Part shown: in pieces, positions 27,152 through 38,882 of the stretch
How the letters are laid out: each line of letters starts with the position of its first letter
How positions within the stretch are numbered: the first letter of the stretch is position 1
NCBI GenBank assembly: GCA_965644295.1
Contig: CBFFRP010000199.1
Location: 62,001 to 126,000 of the forward strand
Direction: 5' to 3'
Length of the DNA stretch: 64,000 nt
Source of the DNA: Paraphysomonas bandaiensis
Taxonomy: Eukaryota; Protista; Chrysophyceae
Made by a program: the position numbers and the translations under genes
Notes under the pieces: generated by a model
Database searches by the model: none
The model's input: only the letters and a program-made list of their open reading frames with translations
Told to the model about the DNA's origin: nothing

Positions 27152-27541
27152 ATGCCAGACCAAAATGAGAACTCCGTAGTGGAACGAAAGTATCTGCCCA
27201 CGGAAAATGAAATAGTGAACGAAATAATTAAGACAAGGGAGTTGAATCCTGATATAGGTATCAAATCACTCTACCGAACCATTCGAAATGAAAAACAGGT
27301 GGGTAATTCAAGTTTTGATTATGAAATTTAGCATATTCATCACGGTCTGTACTGTCAGGATTGGAGAATGAATGCTAAGGCCTTCAGAAAGATCGCTACG
27401 ACATGCAGTGAAAAATCGACCATTAAGAATAACGACAGCCCGATTTGTGATGAATTTTTGGATGACAGTTATGTTGTTGTTGATGTAAGTGTTGGAAGTG
27501 AGAAAAACACTGACGAAAGTGAATATTATGTGGTGGTATAG
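27152..27541 (+). CDS. 109-aa two-exon protein missed by the ORF track (intron 27299-27358); small helical domain plus acidic LIR-like tail
   Basis: MPDQNENSVVERKYLPTENEIVNEIIKTRELNPDIGIKSLYRTIRNEKQ|DWRMNAKAFRKI...DDSYVVVDV...DESEYYVVV*; phase-0 GTGGGT..TGTCAG intron. Confidence 0.7.
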
Positions 27542-28179
27542 CTTTGAACGAGCTGGTCGCCATGCTACTACAGCGTGTGTTCAATAACATTAGATATTAG
27601 AACATGAACAGCTCTACAATATATAGACTTTTATAAGGTGGATGTGAAGGGTTGGTACTACAATTACATTTTCTGTCGAAAAGTGAGTTCAATATATGAC
27701 CGGTTTGTTTATTGTATATTCTGCAGATTGATAAAAGCATTGTAAAACAATCAGGCAGTGTCTTTATATCATATGCTTTTCTAAAGAATTAACGTATTAG
27801 TATTGAAACAATTAACGACTCAGAATCGTTAACAATACGCGCGATCTGATATGGTTGTACACGCACTCTTTTCTTCACGGCCAATGTGTATTTCGCACTT
27901 TCATGCACGCTCTCTTGCAATAACTATAAAAACACCTAAACCGTTTTGCTCATATGTGTGTTCATTATGCTATTGTCTTTGCAATTGTGCTACAGTGTGG
28001 TTACAAGACAGTCGTAGAGGTATACACATTTCAAATTTAATGCTGGAGAATTGTAGAATAGCATCAAAATGAACTACAGTTTTCTTTGAAACTGCCACAT
28101 ATAGTATTCTTCTTTGATTAAGTCTTACACATCAAGGTTAGAATGGATATCCTAAATTGTTTCCATCGGTGGGTCGAAT

Positions 28180-28470
28180 TTAGTACCTATAGGTCGCTCG
28201 ACCTACCTATAGGTCCATCGCAGGTACCTAATAGGTACCTACCTAATAGGTACCCACCTATAGGCATGCCTAAGGACCCTACCTATAGGTAGGTACCTAG
28301 CTGTCACTACCTATAGGTATACCTAGCTACCCTGCCTATAGGTGATAAGAGTTAGGCACCTACCTATAGGTACCTCAAGTCCCACCTATAGGTATCGAAG
28401 GATTAGGTACTATCTATAGGTAGTGCTACTCGTTGCCTATAGGTATAAGACGAAAGACCTGTAGGTACCT
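28180..28470. repeat. Left subterminal array of palindromic TACCTATAGGTA motifs
   Basis: About ten complete or variant CCTATAGG cores in ~290 bp. Confidence 0.95.
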
Positions 28471-28634
28471 GAGTTTTGAACCATCAGATGTTGTTTTAAG
28501 TTTCACAATGTACATAGGCAAGCAACACAGCGGTGAATAGTATAATATATCTTTTTTTGTTATATATTATTATTACTAAACAAGTATGGCTGTGCATTCT
28601 ATGATCATAATCAATAATAAGCGCGCAACATTAA

Positions 28635-31600
28635 TTATGTGTCATTGTCAGAAGAGTCACCGGTGCTGTAAACAGTACTGGGATTGCTATCACATTCTGA
28701 TGAGTGGTCACTACTGCAACTCTCATTGTTTGCGTTATGACTGTCGTGGCCATGCACATTACGTTCAAGAACAATTGCACCGGAGCTATTTTGTCTGATA
28801 TATTGTTGCATTCCCTCTATATGATGACAGTTAATAAAATCCAAATCATCCCACCCACAACGATCAAAAAACTTCCTCGGAATAAACCAAAAACGATCTG
28901 AAATTTGAGGCTTACCCACGACGACATCGCAAGAAGAATCTGGTATTATAAAAGCTGTGTCAATAATACTTTCAAAATTAATAATATCCTGAAAAAACTG
29001 AGGTTGTCGTCGCCTGTTGTAGCGCAGTACCTCCCACTTATATTTTGAAAACGGGTCAAGAATAGTGGTCGTACATTTTTCCATGTATTGAACAATATAG
29101 AGATATTTAGTGTTGTTGGCCGCTGACAACTGAAGCATCGATACTATTTGAGCAACTTGTATGTCTCCACTTTCCATTTGGATGCATATGAAATCAAAGC
29201 GTGGTTTTCGACTCTCTGCCCCTTTCATGGCATGATGAGATCCTTTACCAATGCCACTCTCTTTGTTGGCATTGTAGGTGAGGGCCTGTATTAACTTCAA
29301 CGAGATGTCACCACGTTGTAAACAGTTCCAGTTCTTATCACCAAGAGCTTGTTTACAAAAATCAGTAAGGGAGTTACTAGATAATTCCTTGTGTCCAATA
29401 AATTCTTCCAATTCTATTCCTTCTTCTTCACAAATAAACAAGGAGTGGTTAGCATCAACACATAACCGCACATGTTTGACATTTCTCATGGGGTAAACTA
29501 GAACGACCTCCGGTGGAATTTCTGGCTTCAGAGAGTTTATGTATTCAGTGTCGTGTGTGTGGCACGCGGCTATAAACTCAAGTACTCGACAATGATCTTG
29601 GCATATTGCTAATGTTAGCATCTCCACATTAGAAGAAGTATACCTCCTGCTTGTGCGTCGCCAGTTTTCGGTTGTAAAATAGCGATTGCTTGATTCCCAA
29701 GTACCCGCATCAGACTTTGATAATGCCCCAAACATGGAAATATTAAGTGAAAGATGCATTACAGAATGGAGTTTGCGCATTAATGGACTTGATGGCTGGT
29801 TACCAAGAAGTGTTTGTTTCAAATCCCATACCAGTAAAACCTTAGCAACCATATCGTGGCACATACGGTCCACATTCAGGATGTCACCATCAGTAAAACA
29901 GCTTTTCTTGCACTCAAAATAGACGTTCAGCACGGCTTTAATTGCTTGTAACACTTTCTTTGTTACATTGCCTAAACGCAGGTGCCGTGAATTTTTGCTG
30001 CAATAACTGTAGTTGGTATCTGTCGGTAGCACTTGACCATCCGTGCCAATCTAATGTAAAAAGGTGATGTCAAGCACATAATATAGAGAATACAATTTAG
30101 AAAAACATACCGCAAACAGAAGTTGCAATAGTGCCGTGATGAATTCACTTGATCTATATCCACCTCCGGAACCAGTCGAGTGGCCCTTTTCCTTTTTACT
30201 TTTATTGCTCATAATGTGCATCAAGCCTTTCTTGAAGACTGTCCAATTCACGTGTGGCATATCAGGAACCTGAGGCATCAACTTAAGTCTGGCATCCAAC
30301 ACGCCCTTAATATTTCGAAATGTTCGGTCTACTGTTGTGCTAATACTGTCAACAACGCTAAGAATCCATAAAACAAGACTTTTTGCAATACCAGCACAAA
30401 ACAGGTGAAATAAGTCTTGAGGATTATTGAAGCAATGGTTGTTGTAGCCCATAAACGCATGATGGAAGGCGTTTACAAACGGCATGATGCATCTATTATC
30501 AAGTAACTTACGAACATACTTCTCTTCTTTGTCTGATAGCTGACCACTATTCACATTTCGGCACTGTTCAGCAATGGCATTGCCATCTCTCCTCGGATGA
30601 AGGTCTGGGTTATAAAAAACACCGGCCCTCAGAGGATACTCACATGTAACACATGCAAAGCGGGAATTTCCTTCGTATAAGCCAAACTGTCGATGGATGG
30701 CCGGGTCATCTCCAATGCTAAAAGGATGAAAGGTATAAACGGTAATTAAACCCTTTCCTAACACATACATCTCTGCACCTCTAGAAGAAGCAGCTTTGAG
30801 AGGAGCCGTAACCATACTCCAGAATTCTTTTTCCAAGTGCAAGTTAAACCACCTGACTTCCTTCCCTGCTGCGGTTCGGCTCATTCCACGTTCCATCAAA
30901 TGAGAAATCAGAGCTTCGACACTTATCGTGCTTGTGATGTCAGGAATAAAACCTAAGCAAAACTTTGCAATATTTTTCCGAATTAACTCATCGCTGAAAT
31001 TGCCGCATGTCCCCAGGACTGGCACAGACTTGATGTTGGCACCATGCCCCATAGCAACCCCGTCATGATACAGTAGACATGGCATTAATTTGCCTTCAGG
31101 ATTTTTTTCTTGGCGTATAACTCGCTCCGTGTTCTTCGCCCAGGATGATGACATGAGATCACCAACATAGTTCTCACCAGTATTAATATCTGTCATGGAA
31201 AATGTATCATAATGAACGTGCTCTTTCCACGAGAACTGAATTGTCGGGTCGACGGCCAGATAACTTAGCATTTCCAATGGGTCTCGTGCTCGAACAATGA
31301 TTTCGTCAGGTTTCTGTCCAGAAATTTTCCAAGATTCCATTTCCCACGAAGATGGCCAACCTATAGACTTTTCAACATATCTGTAATGTTGTGTTCTCTT
31401 TTTGAAATTCGACACAACTGTCTTCCATGATTTTGGAAGTTCTTCACAAGGTTTGAATAAGCGAATCAATTCCAGAAGTGCATCTCCTGTAGATCGGCTT
31501 AACTTGCACTTTCTTCCAAATGCATACAACTTGAGAAGCAAAATATCTGACATGTTATGATTACTCGAAGTGCTGACAGCTTCAATAAAGCTTTCAAGAT

Positions 31601-32012
31601 TCATAGCTCCCAATGCATCCACGCCATAAGACTTGTCGTAAAACACTTCCTGGAGCTTCTTATACGTGGAGAGTGGTTTGTCTTCCGCGTCATAATCTGG
31701 ATGACAGATTGGAAACTCTGTATTTCCAGTTGGGCTTGCTTCCTCCAGTCTCTGATGTTGCCACATGTACATAGGAATTGATGAGTCCTCACAGTCACTG
31801 TACTCATCAATTCCACTGTCATCTTGATTGTAATCATCATGAATAGTGTAAGCCTGAGGTCCATATGCAGCTTTTCGTTTCTTAGAATACTGCTCTGATG
31901 TACAAATCTCTGATTCTGAAGACAGTGGCGAGCAGTATCTTCCATGGTTCCCCAGACTCTGACTTGAACTGAATATTCCCTGACATATTGCGCATTTCCA
32001 CAAGCTGTCCAT
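28635..32012 (-). CDS. Plavaka-type transposase (~1105 aa) with N-terminal C2H2-like finger; exons 32012-30111 and 30050-28635
   Basis: CAICQGIFSSSQSLGNHGRYC; RDPLEML; GDLMSSSW; LMPCLLYHDG...PVLGTCGNFSDELIRK..FCLGFIP; IGDDP; CVTC; QDLFHLFCAG; RKLHSVMHL..ISMFG...TWESSN; a 60-bp phase-0 GTATGT..TTAG intron joins the two long ORFs. Confidence 0.82.
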
Positions 32013-32325
32013 AATATACTGCTACGATCGTATCTACTGCTATCTGTTATACGGTACAGCAGTATACTACAGTGTTGTACTCTGCTCCGTACTGTGCGTA
32101 CAGTAGGAAATTCCTAGTATATAAAAACGAGTGCACGATTATAGCACACACTTCCTGGACTTCTCTCGAAGTTGACTTCGAAGAAGTGCATCACATAACT
32201 ACATATATGAAAGAAAGAAGCAAAGAGGCGAAGTGTGAGTATGTGAATATATTCAGAGAGTATGCGAATATTTGAATTTCAAACATGTGAATTCATGGTG
32301 ACTTAATGCCACAATTTACTCTGAG

Positions 32326-33878
32326 ATGCCCCTGCGAAAACGAACTGCATCTGCTGTGTCTGCGAGGGCACAGAAAAGGCCTTGTCAACAGCAATCCATC
32401 GTGGACGACAACTTCGCCGCCGAACAGTCAGATGCTTCACCTCGAGAAGCCAGGATGCCTCCATGTAACTCTTCGTCCAACTCGACAGTGTACACGACTT
32501 TCAGGCATAAGAAAGTCCAGTCCAGGATTTTGGCGACGGTTCTCACAACGAATGAGCTGTGCATTGGACGCCAGAGCGCCGAAAAACTCTCCACTCTTCC
32601 AGGATTCCGTGCTTATCACAAAGAGATGATGTATGAACGTCTCTTTGTTAAACTGGACACAGGAGATGTGGTTTCAGTGGAAGAGCACTTCGACCTATTG
32701 ATTCAGCTGATTTTGGTGGTGATTTCAAAGGAGGGGGTTGCAACTCAAGCTCCTCATAACAAGGTTATTCATGTTGTTTTCTCTGCCACATATCTTGAAT
32801 CATATAGCATCACATATCATCATATATTGTATACCCTCACATCATCAAATACCATCCTCCTTTTATCATGTATTAACATATCGTACACCGTTATATTATA
32901 CATTTCATATCTATCATTGTATTAGATACCTCTTGTGTTTTTTGAACAACCATATCAAATATTATGATATCGTATGATATACATCGTATAACATATATTT
33001 TATACCATTCATTATTGTATCATTACGTTATATATATATCATATCATACAGTACAGCATAATATATATATCGTGCCGCATCGCATTTTACAGTGCCCAGT
33101 CATCTGCTACTATTATATTATTATTGTGAATAACACACTAGTAGGCATTATCTCTCGCTTATAAAGAAGGTGCTTTGCAAGCTGATGAAAAATTGTTAGC
33201 AAGTGAGGTGGTGTCTGCATTTTCGGCGTGCAAGTATATACTGCTCATATTATTTACTTTTTTCTAATATCATTGCAGGTATGTCAAGAAGTATATTCGC
33301 AAATTGTCGTGTAATTTGAAGACCAAGATTAGATGTTGTCACGCCAAGCTGTTCTCCACACAGCCTTTGTGGGCGACTGCATCATTTAGACGGGAATTAG
33401 CCGAAGTATTGGAAAATGGTAAGTATTTATTATATTGTGCCAATTGATGTAATTCTGTTGAAAAGGTATTAGTCCACGAAAGTATCAAGTGGACAACAAG
33501 GGGTCATATATGCAGACTGCCATTGAGGCAGTATGCATCATGATTGGAGCTTACGACTTCGACGAAAACGAAGGTCCTGGGGCCTTTATGGGCCAGACTA
33601 GCATCATGGTTGAGTCAACGGCTCAACAGATGCTTTTAGGTCCTCCACGAGAAGCATGGACATCTGAAATTTGCTCCAGAGCGACCGACGGTATGAATCC
33701 TATTCGGGATTCCCGGCGTGAGCTTGTGATAAGTGACAGTGATTTGAATTTTTTCAAGAATGAAAGGTTAGTATGGTTCAAACGTTGGGGTATGGTTCAA
33801 ACGTTGGGGAAGTCGAAGAAGGACGACGACAGTCTGAACAATGACGATACTTCCCTGTTAACTTCAGATTGGCGGTGA
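32326..33878 (+). CDS. Transposon accessory gene, 359 aa, unknown function; exons 32326-32763, 33145-33233, 33279-33418, 33466-33878
   Basis: Three GT..AG introns give an uninterrupted frame (...PHNK|ALSLAYKEG...SACK|YVKKYIRK...VLEN|GISPRKYQVDNKGSY...). Lies inside the TIRs, divergent from the transposase. Confidence 0.7.
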
Positions 33879-34137
33879 AGGCTTCTGAAGTGCACAATGC
33901 TTCTACTTCTTAGCAGGTGATTGGGAGCTAGCTTACGATGTGGTTCAAATTTGTCGTGGTATGTATTTTGTAGGTTCTAAGTAGTAATTGCCGTTAATTT
34001 TTACTTCGAACTATGTTAATGCCGTCTATATTAATTGAATACATAGTTTGTCTACTCATTCATGATTACAGATCTGCATTGCTTGCTTTTTCTACTTTGC
34101 AATATATATATTATACTGTGTTTATTATTGCTAATTA

Positions 34138-34485
34138 TAGTACCTATAGGTAGTATTGGTATTATATTTTTAGGTAGTACCTATAGGTAGTATTGATACA
34201 TGTAGGCAGTACCTATAGGTACATTTTAATATAAATAGGGATACCTATCAGTAGGAAATCTAGAGGTCATAGGTACCACCTATAGGGAGACGAATAGGTA
34301 CGTGTATTAGGGGGTACCTATAGGTATACTGGGTAGCTATAGGTGGTACCTATTCGAAAACCTTTAGGTACCACCTATTGCTCAAAAATGTACCTATAGG
34401 TAGACAGAGGTACCTAATAGGTACCTTCGATTTTAATTATAAAAGTACCTATAGGTATACCTATAGGTAGGTACCTATAGGTACT
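34138..34485. repeat. Right subterminal array of palindromic TACCTATAGGTA motifs
   Basis: Many exact TACCTATAGGTA copies, including three back-to-back at ~34446-34483. Confidence 0.95.
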
Positions 34486-35120
34486 CAGCGGGAGTCCCAC
34501 CGATGTCTTTGTCACATGATTCTAGTGAGGTGAAAACACATCCTGTATCTACCGCTTCCCCATTGCAGTGTCATTCAGGATCAAGCAGCAAAAATCAGAC
34601 ACCAGTCACTTACGAATGCCTCAATAAAGGAGCATACAGCACACATATACATTGTTCACATAGCTATCCGACATAGTGGTTTATGTCTATTGAGCTCATG
34701 GATGTGTAAAATTCTATTGCCTGCCATCGAAATGACAGTTTATCTTCATTGCGATTTCATTTTATGCCCGACAATACCATGAAATAAATGACTACACTCC
34801 GTTGCACATGTGTTTACATCGAAGGCCATGTGGTCTTCATACACAAGCCAAATTCCAACATAGCTAACCTTATTGCTCCTATATACACTGTTTACAATTA
34901 ACTCGTATTGATTGGAATACGATACACTTACATTCGGTGGAATATCAAGCCCATAGAGCATATATAGCTACTTCATCTATATTATATCCTGCTGCATATC
35001 CAGAGTGAGATGCACGACTGTGTTGGTGGGACTGATGTATACCGCATATACGTATACAGCATACAGCAGTTTATGTCAGAGGTATATGTACTGTACTCCT
35101 CCTATATACAGGGAGTGGTT

Positions 35121-35235
35121 GTGCATGTCGATTTTGTTCATTGTTTATTTCATTGAAAAGTCGTCGTTTTTTCAGTGAAAATTGAAAAAAAGTGACTTTT
35201 TAATGAAAAAACGATGAACAAAAATCGATATGCAC
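35121..35235. mobile_element. ~115-bp MITE-like element, copy 1
   Basis: TIR GTGCATGTCGATTTT / AAAATCGATATGCAC; a second copy lies at 41057-41190. Confidence 0.7.
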
Positions 35236-35448
35236 TTTTGAAATCCTATGAGGGTATACCAGGTATACCATACCGCATACCTACCCAAATCTGGCTATAG
35301 GTACTGTATACCATAAATATATGTAGCTGCTACACTGCTGCATATATACAGGCAGTGCTGGCTATTGATCTGACTGACCGAGACTGATACCACCCTATTG
35401 AATGATTGTATTATCACTTATTACTGTTTGATTAATCAACTAGTAGTG

Positions 35449-36324
35449 ATGATTCGTATATCATCTGTATGTCGTAGATTTAATGTACCGCGATATGGAG
35501 GTGTTCACAGTCGAGTTATGTGTACTACTCCAACTCCCACACCCATACCTAAAGTCATTTACTCGGAAGGTCTTCCTCGATGGCCAGGAATATATTCTTC
35601 TAATGCTGTTTTACGTGGTTTGGATTGGCTGGGTACAGCTGCCTTTGCTACAAGTGGGACTGTGTCTGCAGGATTCGCCGGACTAGACTTTGGGGGTTGT
35701 GTTACAGTCGGTGCTATTACGGCAGTAGGAGGTGGAACTGTCCGTGACTTGATTATCGGCAATCTTCCTGTATTTTGGACGATTGAGTACGAATACATCC
35801 TAATATGCATTGCATCAAGTATAGTTACATTCATGTTTTGGGGTGACATCAAGGAGATTCCCATGTTTTCGCAAAAAGGCTCACTTATATTTTGGGCTGA
35901 TACTGTCGGTTTGGGCACTTTCTGTATCATTGGTGCCCAGAATGGCATTCGTATGGGTTTGAACCCCTTGATATGCATTCTGTGCGGTATGTTTACGGCC
36001 ACCTTTGGGGGCATCATACGCGACACACTTGTGGGACGCCCCGCAAAGAGTTTACATAAGAAAGGTCAGCTCTACGCTTCTTCTGCACTGAGTGGGTCCG
36101 CGGTGTATGTGCTAATGCGCATTGCTGGTTTTGCACGACCGACACGCATCCTTCCCTCCCTGCTCACTGCCGTGGGAATGAAAGTGGCAGCCGAAAAATA
36201 CGAGTTGCACCTTCCACAGGCAAGCTGGTGCCGGCCAGAGAAAATGCTCTACCCACCCGATGCAGAGGAGGGGGACGATAGTTCTTCTTCTAAAAGTAAC
36301 ACCTCAGTTCCTGAGAAGAAATGA
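35449..36324 (+). CDS. TRIC/UPF0126 (YadS-like) membrane protein with a putative mitochondrial presequence; intronless
   Basis: Two repeats: LDWLGTAAFATSG...ITAVGGGTVRDLIIG and ADTVGLGTF...FTATFGGIIRDTLVG. R/S-rich, acid-free N-terminus MIRISSVCRRFNVPRYGG. Confidence 0.88.
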   Translation: MIRISSVCRRFNVPRYGGVHSRVMCTTPTPTPIPKVIYSEGLPRWPGIYSSNAVLRGLDWLGTAAFATSGTVSAGFAGLDFGGCVTVGAITAVGGGTVRDLIIGNLPVFWTIEYEYILICIASSIVTFMFWGDIKEIPMFSQKGSLIFWADTVGLGTFCIIGAQNGIRMGLNPLICILCGMFTATFGGIIRDTLVGRPAKSLHKKGQLYASSALSGSAVYVLMRIAGFARPTRILPSLLTAVGMKVAAEKYELHLPQASWCRPEKMLYPPDAEEGDDSSSSKSNTSVPEKK

Positions 36325-37451
36325 TGAGCGACCGTTCACTCAGTGCTTCCGCATCATGTATATACTGCACTATCCGCCTAAGTGCAGGTAGCTGCAATTA
36401 CACAAAGATTTCGAAATGTTGTCACGCCTTGAGTTTTATATTGCTATTTTTATGGCTGAAAAGTATACAGTTGGTAGAACATTGACCATCATCCGAACAT
36501 ATACCCTCTATTCTCATATCCGTCGATAGTACTAAGAAGTTACAGAAATGACAAAATATACTGCATTTGTTGCTCTTGCGAGTTGTCTAGAACTTATAAT
36601 ATAGAGTTCACCAAGAAGTAGGGAGCAGTATATTGCAGCAGTATGATGTCAAGAGTATTGTAATAGCTTTGTATCGGTCAGCAATATATATTGATAGTAT
36701 TGCAAGAATTGAGGATTCGTAGTTCATTAGTGATGGATGCTGAGATGTGCCTAAACTCTAAAAATCTCTGAATGCTGATTTAGAAAACTTCTTTTGTTCA
36801 CTAATTTACTGGCATTTTTATCATCATCTTTATCCCCTTCTTGCAAAATGATTTCTGTATCATTTCCAATCCCACAAAATAAATTTAAATATTTTATCCC
36901 AATTATATCTCAAGAAATTGTGGTTTTTATCACAAATGGGCAAATTAAGACATTCAGTGGCACTCGTTCCCTTGCGTTTTTTTGGTCACGTCGTGCTTTT
37001 GTTGGTGTACCTCGTATATTACAATGAACGCAACTTCATCTGTCCCATCTGAATTAAATTAACTTCCAGAATGGAATTACCCGAAGTATGTATGTATCAA
37101 TAACTACGCTAGAATGATTTGCATTTTGTCAAAATACGGGCCATGGAGAGATGAAAAAGCTGTGCACAAGTTTTACAACAAAGTGCTAAAAGACGGTTCT
37201 AAAATTATAGCAAAGCCTATTTTACTAAGACTTGGACAGAATAATTTGTAGCACAGTATTCGCGTCTGTCTGATACCAAAATTTGTTCTCCTCGCAAGCC
37301 ATATATCTGCACATGGCCCCCGCAGTAGCTTACATCAATTTCTTCTATACGAGGACATTGCATTACAATATTCTGCTACCATGTCACAGAGAACCCAAGG
37401 AAATAGTTGAGGGACCGTATCTGTCAAGAATATCATCTTAGGGCATTGATA

Positions 37452-37725
37452 AACAGGCATCCGGCAAAGGGCACACCTCAAGCGCATCCGGGGTATTGGG
37501 CTGCCTGTTGAAGTCAAGCACCCGGACTGTTCACCTTAAGGACTCAAAAACCCTGAAGTCAGAAGATGTCAGGTATATATATCAACATTCTGCTTGCTCA
37601 CTACTTTGGCATTAAGTGATACAGCGAAAGTGGTGACACACAAGCAGCTAAGTAGTAGAGTATCTTAGTTAAGCACTAGTTAGTTAAATTGCAATGCTAA
37701 ATTAGTTCACTTACACGCCAATTGA
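37452..37725 (+). repeat. Dispersed ~280-bp repeat family, copy 2
   Basis: Homologous to 10845-11140. Confidence 0.85.
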
Positions 37726-37870
37726 TAATAATAAAATAATAAGACTTTCACAACAGTTAGAGTACAAAATACTAAATGCAGCAATACTATTTAAAGATAG
37801 AGTGTCATCTATAATATTATTTCAAAACTTCTTAGTCGGCTCAACAATGTTATAGCAATATAATATGATG

Positions 37871-38666
37871 CAGGGATAGGGAACAATAATATATTGTATT
37901 GCAATACATTGTACAATATATTGTAAAATAATATATTGATTGGTGGACTGGTCAAATATTCCATCAATAGTGTTTCTGTTAAAAGAGCTCACAATACTAT
38001 TGCAATATATTGCAATCAATATTATGATAGTCATATAAGAGAAGATTCTCAACTGTAGGGTGCAAAATGGATATAAATAACCGAGAAATTGATTACAACA
38101 TTACAAAGGATAATGAAGCTGATATTGACTATGCGACTAAAATTCTTCAGTCATCTCAAAAAATTAAGAAACGTACAGATCCACGAGTCATTAACGGTTG
38201 CCTGGCCCTGCTATATATACTTCCAATACATGGGAACGTCTGTTCAGCACAGCTAAACATATTATATCAGTGTTGCCAAAAGTGTCCATCCTTCCTAATA
38301 TACGGTTGTTTCTGAACGCTATACGACAGTTATGACCGGATACAAGCACTTTTCAATTAATTATGTGAATGAATATGGTGATGTTGACGTCACCGATGAT
38401 GGCTCAGAGGATGAGGACGAGGTGGATTTTTAGTAGCTATAAGCAGCAGTTGATTTGGTTGTCATGTGATCTTAATGACTAATACTAAAAATGAAATCTA
38501 CGGATACGTTTACCTACTGATTAGTCATACTAATATATTGCAATACATTGAAAATATATTGCAATATATTGTAATTGTATTGTAGGACCGGTTTAAAAAA
38601 TCCATCAATACTATTGATGGCACGCTATCTAACAATAGTATTGCAATATATTGTTCCCTATCCCTG
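37871..38666 (+). mobile_element. Non-autonomous hAT element (796 bp) with decayed transposase C-terminus
   Basis: TIR CAGGGATAGGGAACAATA / TATTGTTCCCTATCCCTG; 8-bp TSD ATATGATG/ATATGATA (7/8); internal frame TSNTWERLFSTAKHII at ~38219-38266. Confidence 0.82.
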
Positions 38667-38767
38667 ATATGATACAATATATTAGGATTATTAATCAATT
38701 ATCAACAGCTTAATACATGTGTATATCGCAATTTTAGTACGAGTCACTAAGGTCACATGATAACTAA

Positions 38768-38882
38768 ACTTACTACACTGCCAAACATCAAAAACATAGA
38801 CAGCCTAAACCTTAGCCAATATAATAATATTTATCTTACTACACTGCCAAACAACAAACTTAGACAGCCTAAACCTTACAAT
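38768..38882 (+). repeat. Short tandem duplication (~67-bp period)
   Basis: CTTACTACACTGCCAAACA..AGACAGCCTAAACCTTA occurs twice. Confidence 0.85.

Larger units (their letters stand above)
28164..34505. mobile_element. Full-length Plavaka-like (CMC/EnSpm-related) DNA transposon, 6342 bp
   Basis: TIR CATCGGTGGG (28164-28173) / CCCACCGATG (34496-34505); TC on both flanks (2-bp TSD); palindromic subterminal arrays at both ends; encodes a transposase plus a second gene. Confidence 0.85.

Noticed and set aside
28180-28470. Palindromic repeats as a CRISPR array or telomeric repeat
   Set aside because: There is no constant repeat-spacer period and no cas genes. The array is mirrored at the other end of a TIR-bounded element, so these are subterminal repeats.
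34506-35000. Possible decayed minus-strand gene (missing TRIC partner) split by the transposon and continuing below 28163
   Set aside because: The frames tested are interrupted by stops and no homology is recognisable.
36794-37330. Short ORFs and coding-like sequence next to repeat copy 2
   Set aside because: Multiple stops and no recognisable family.
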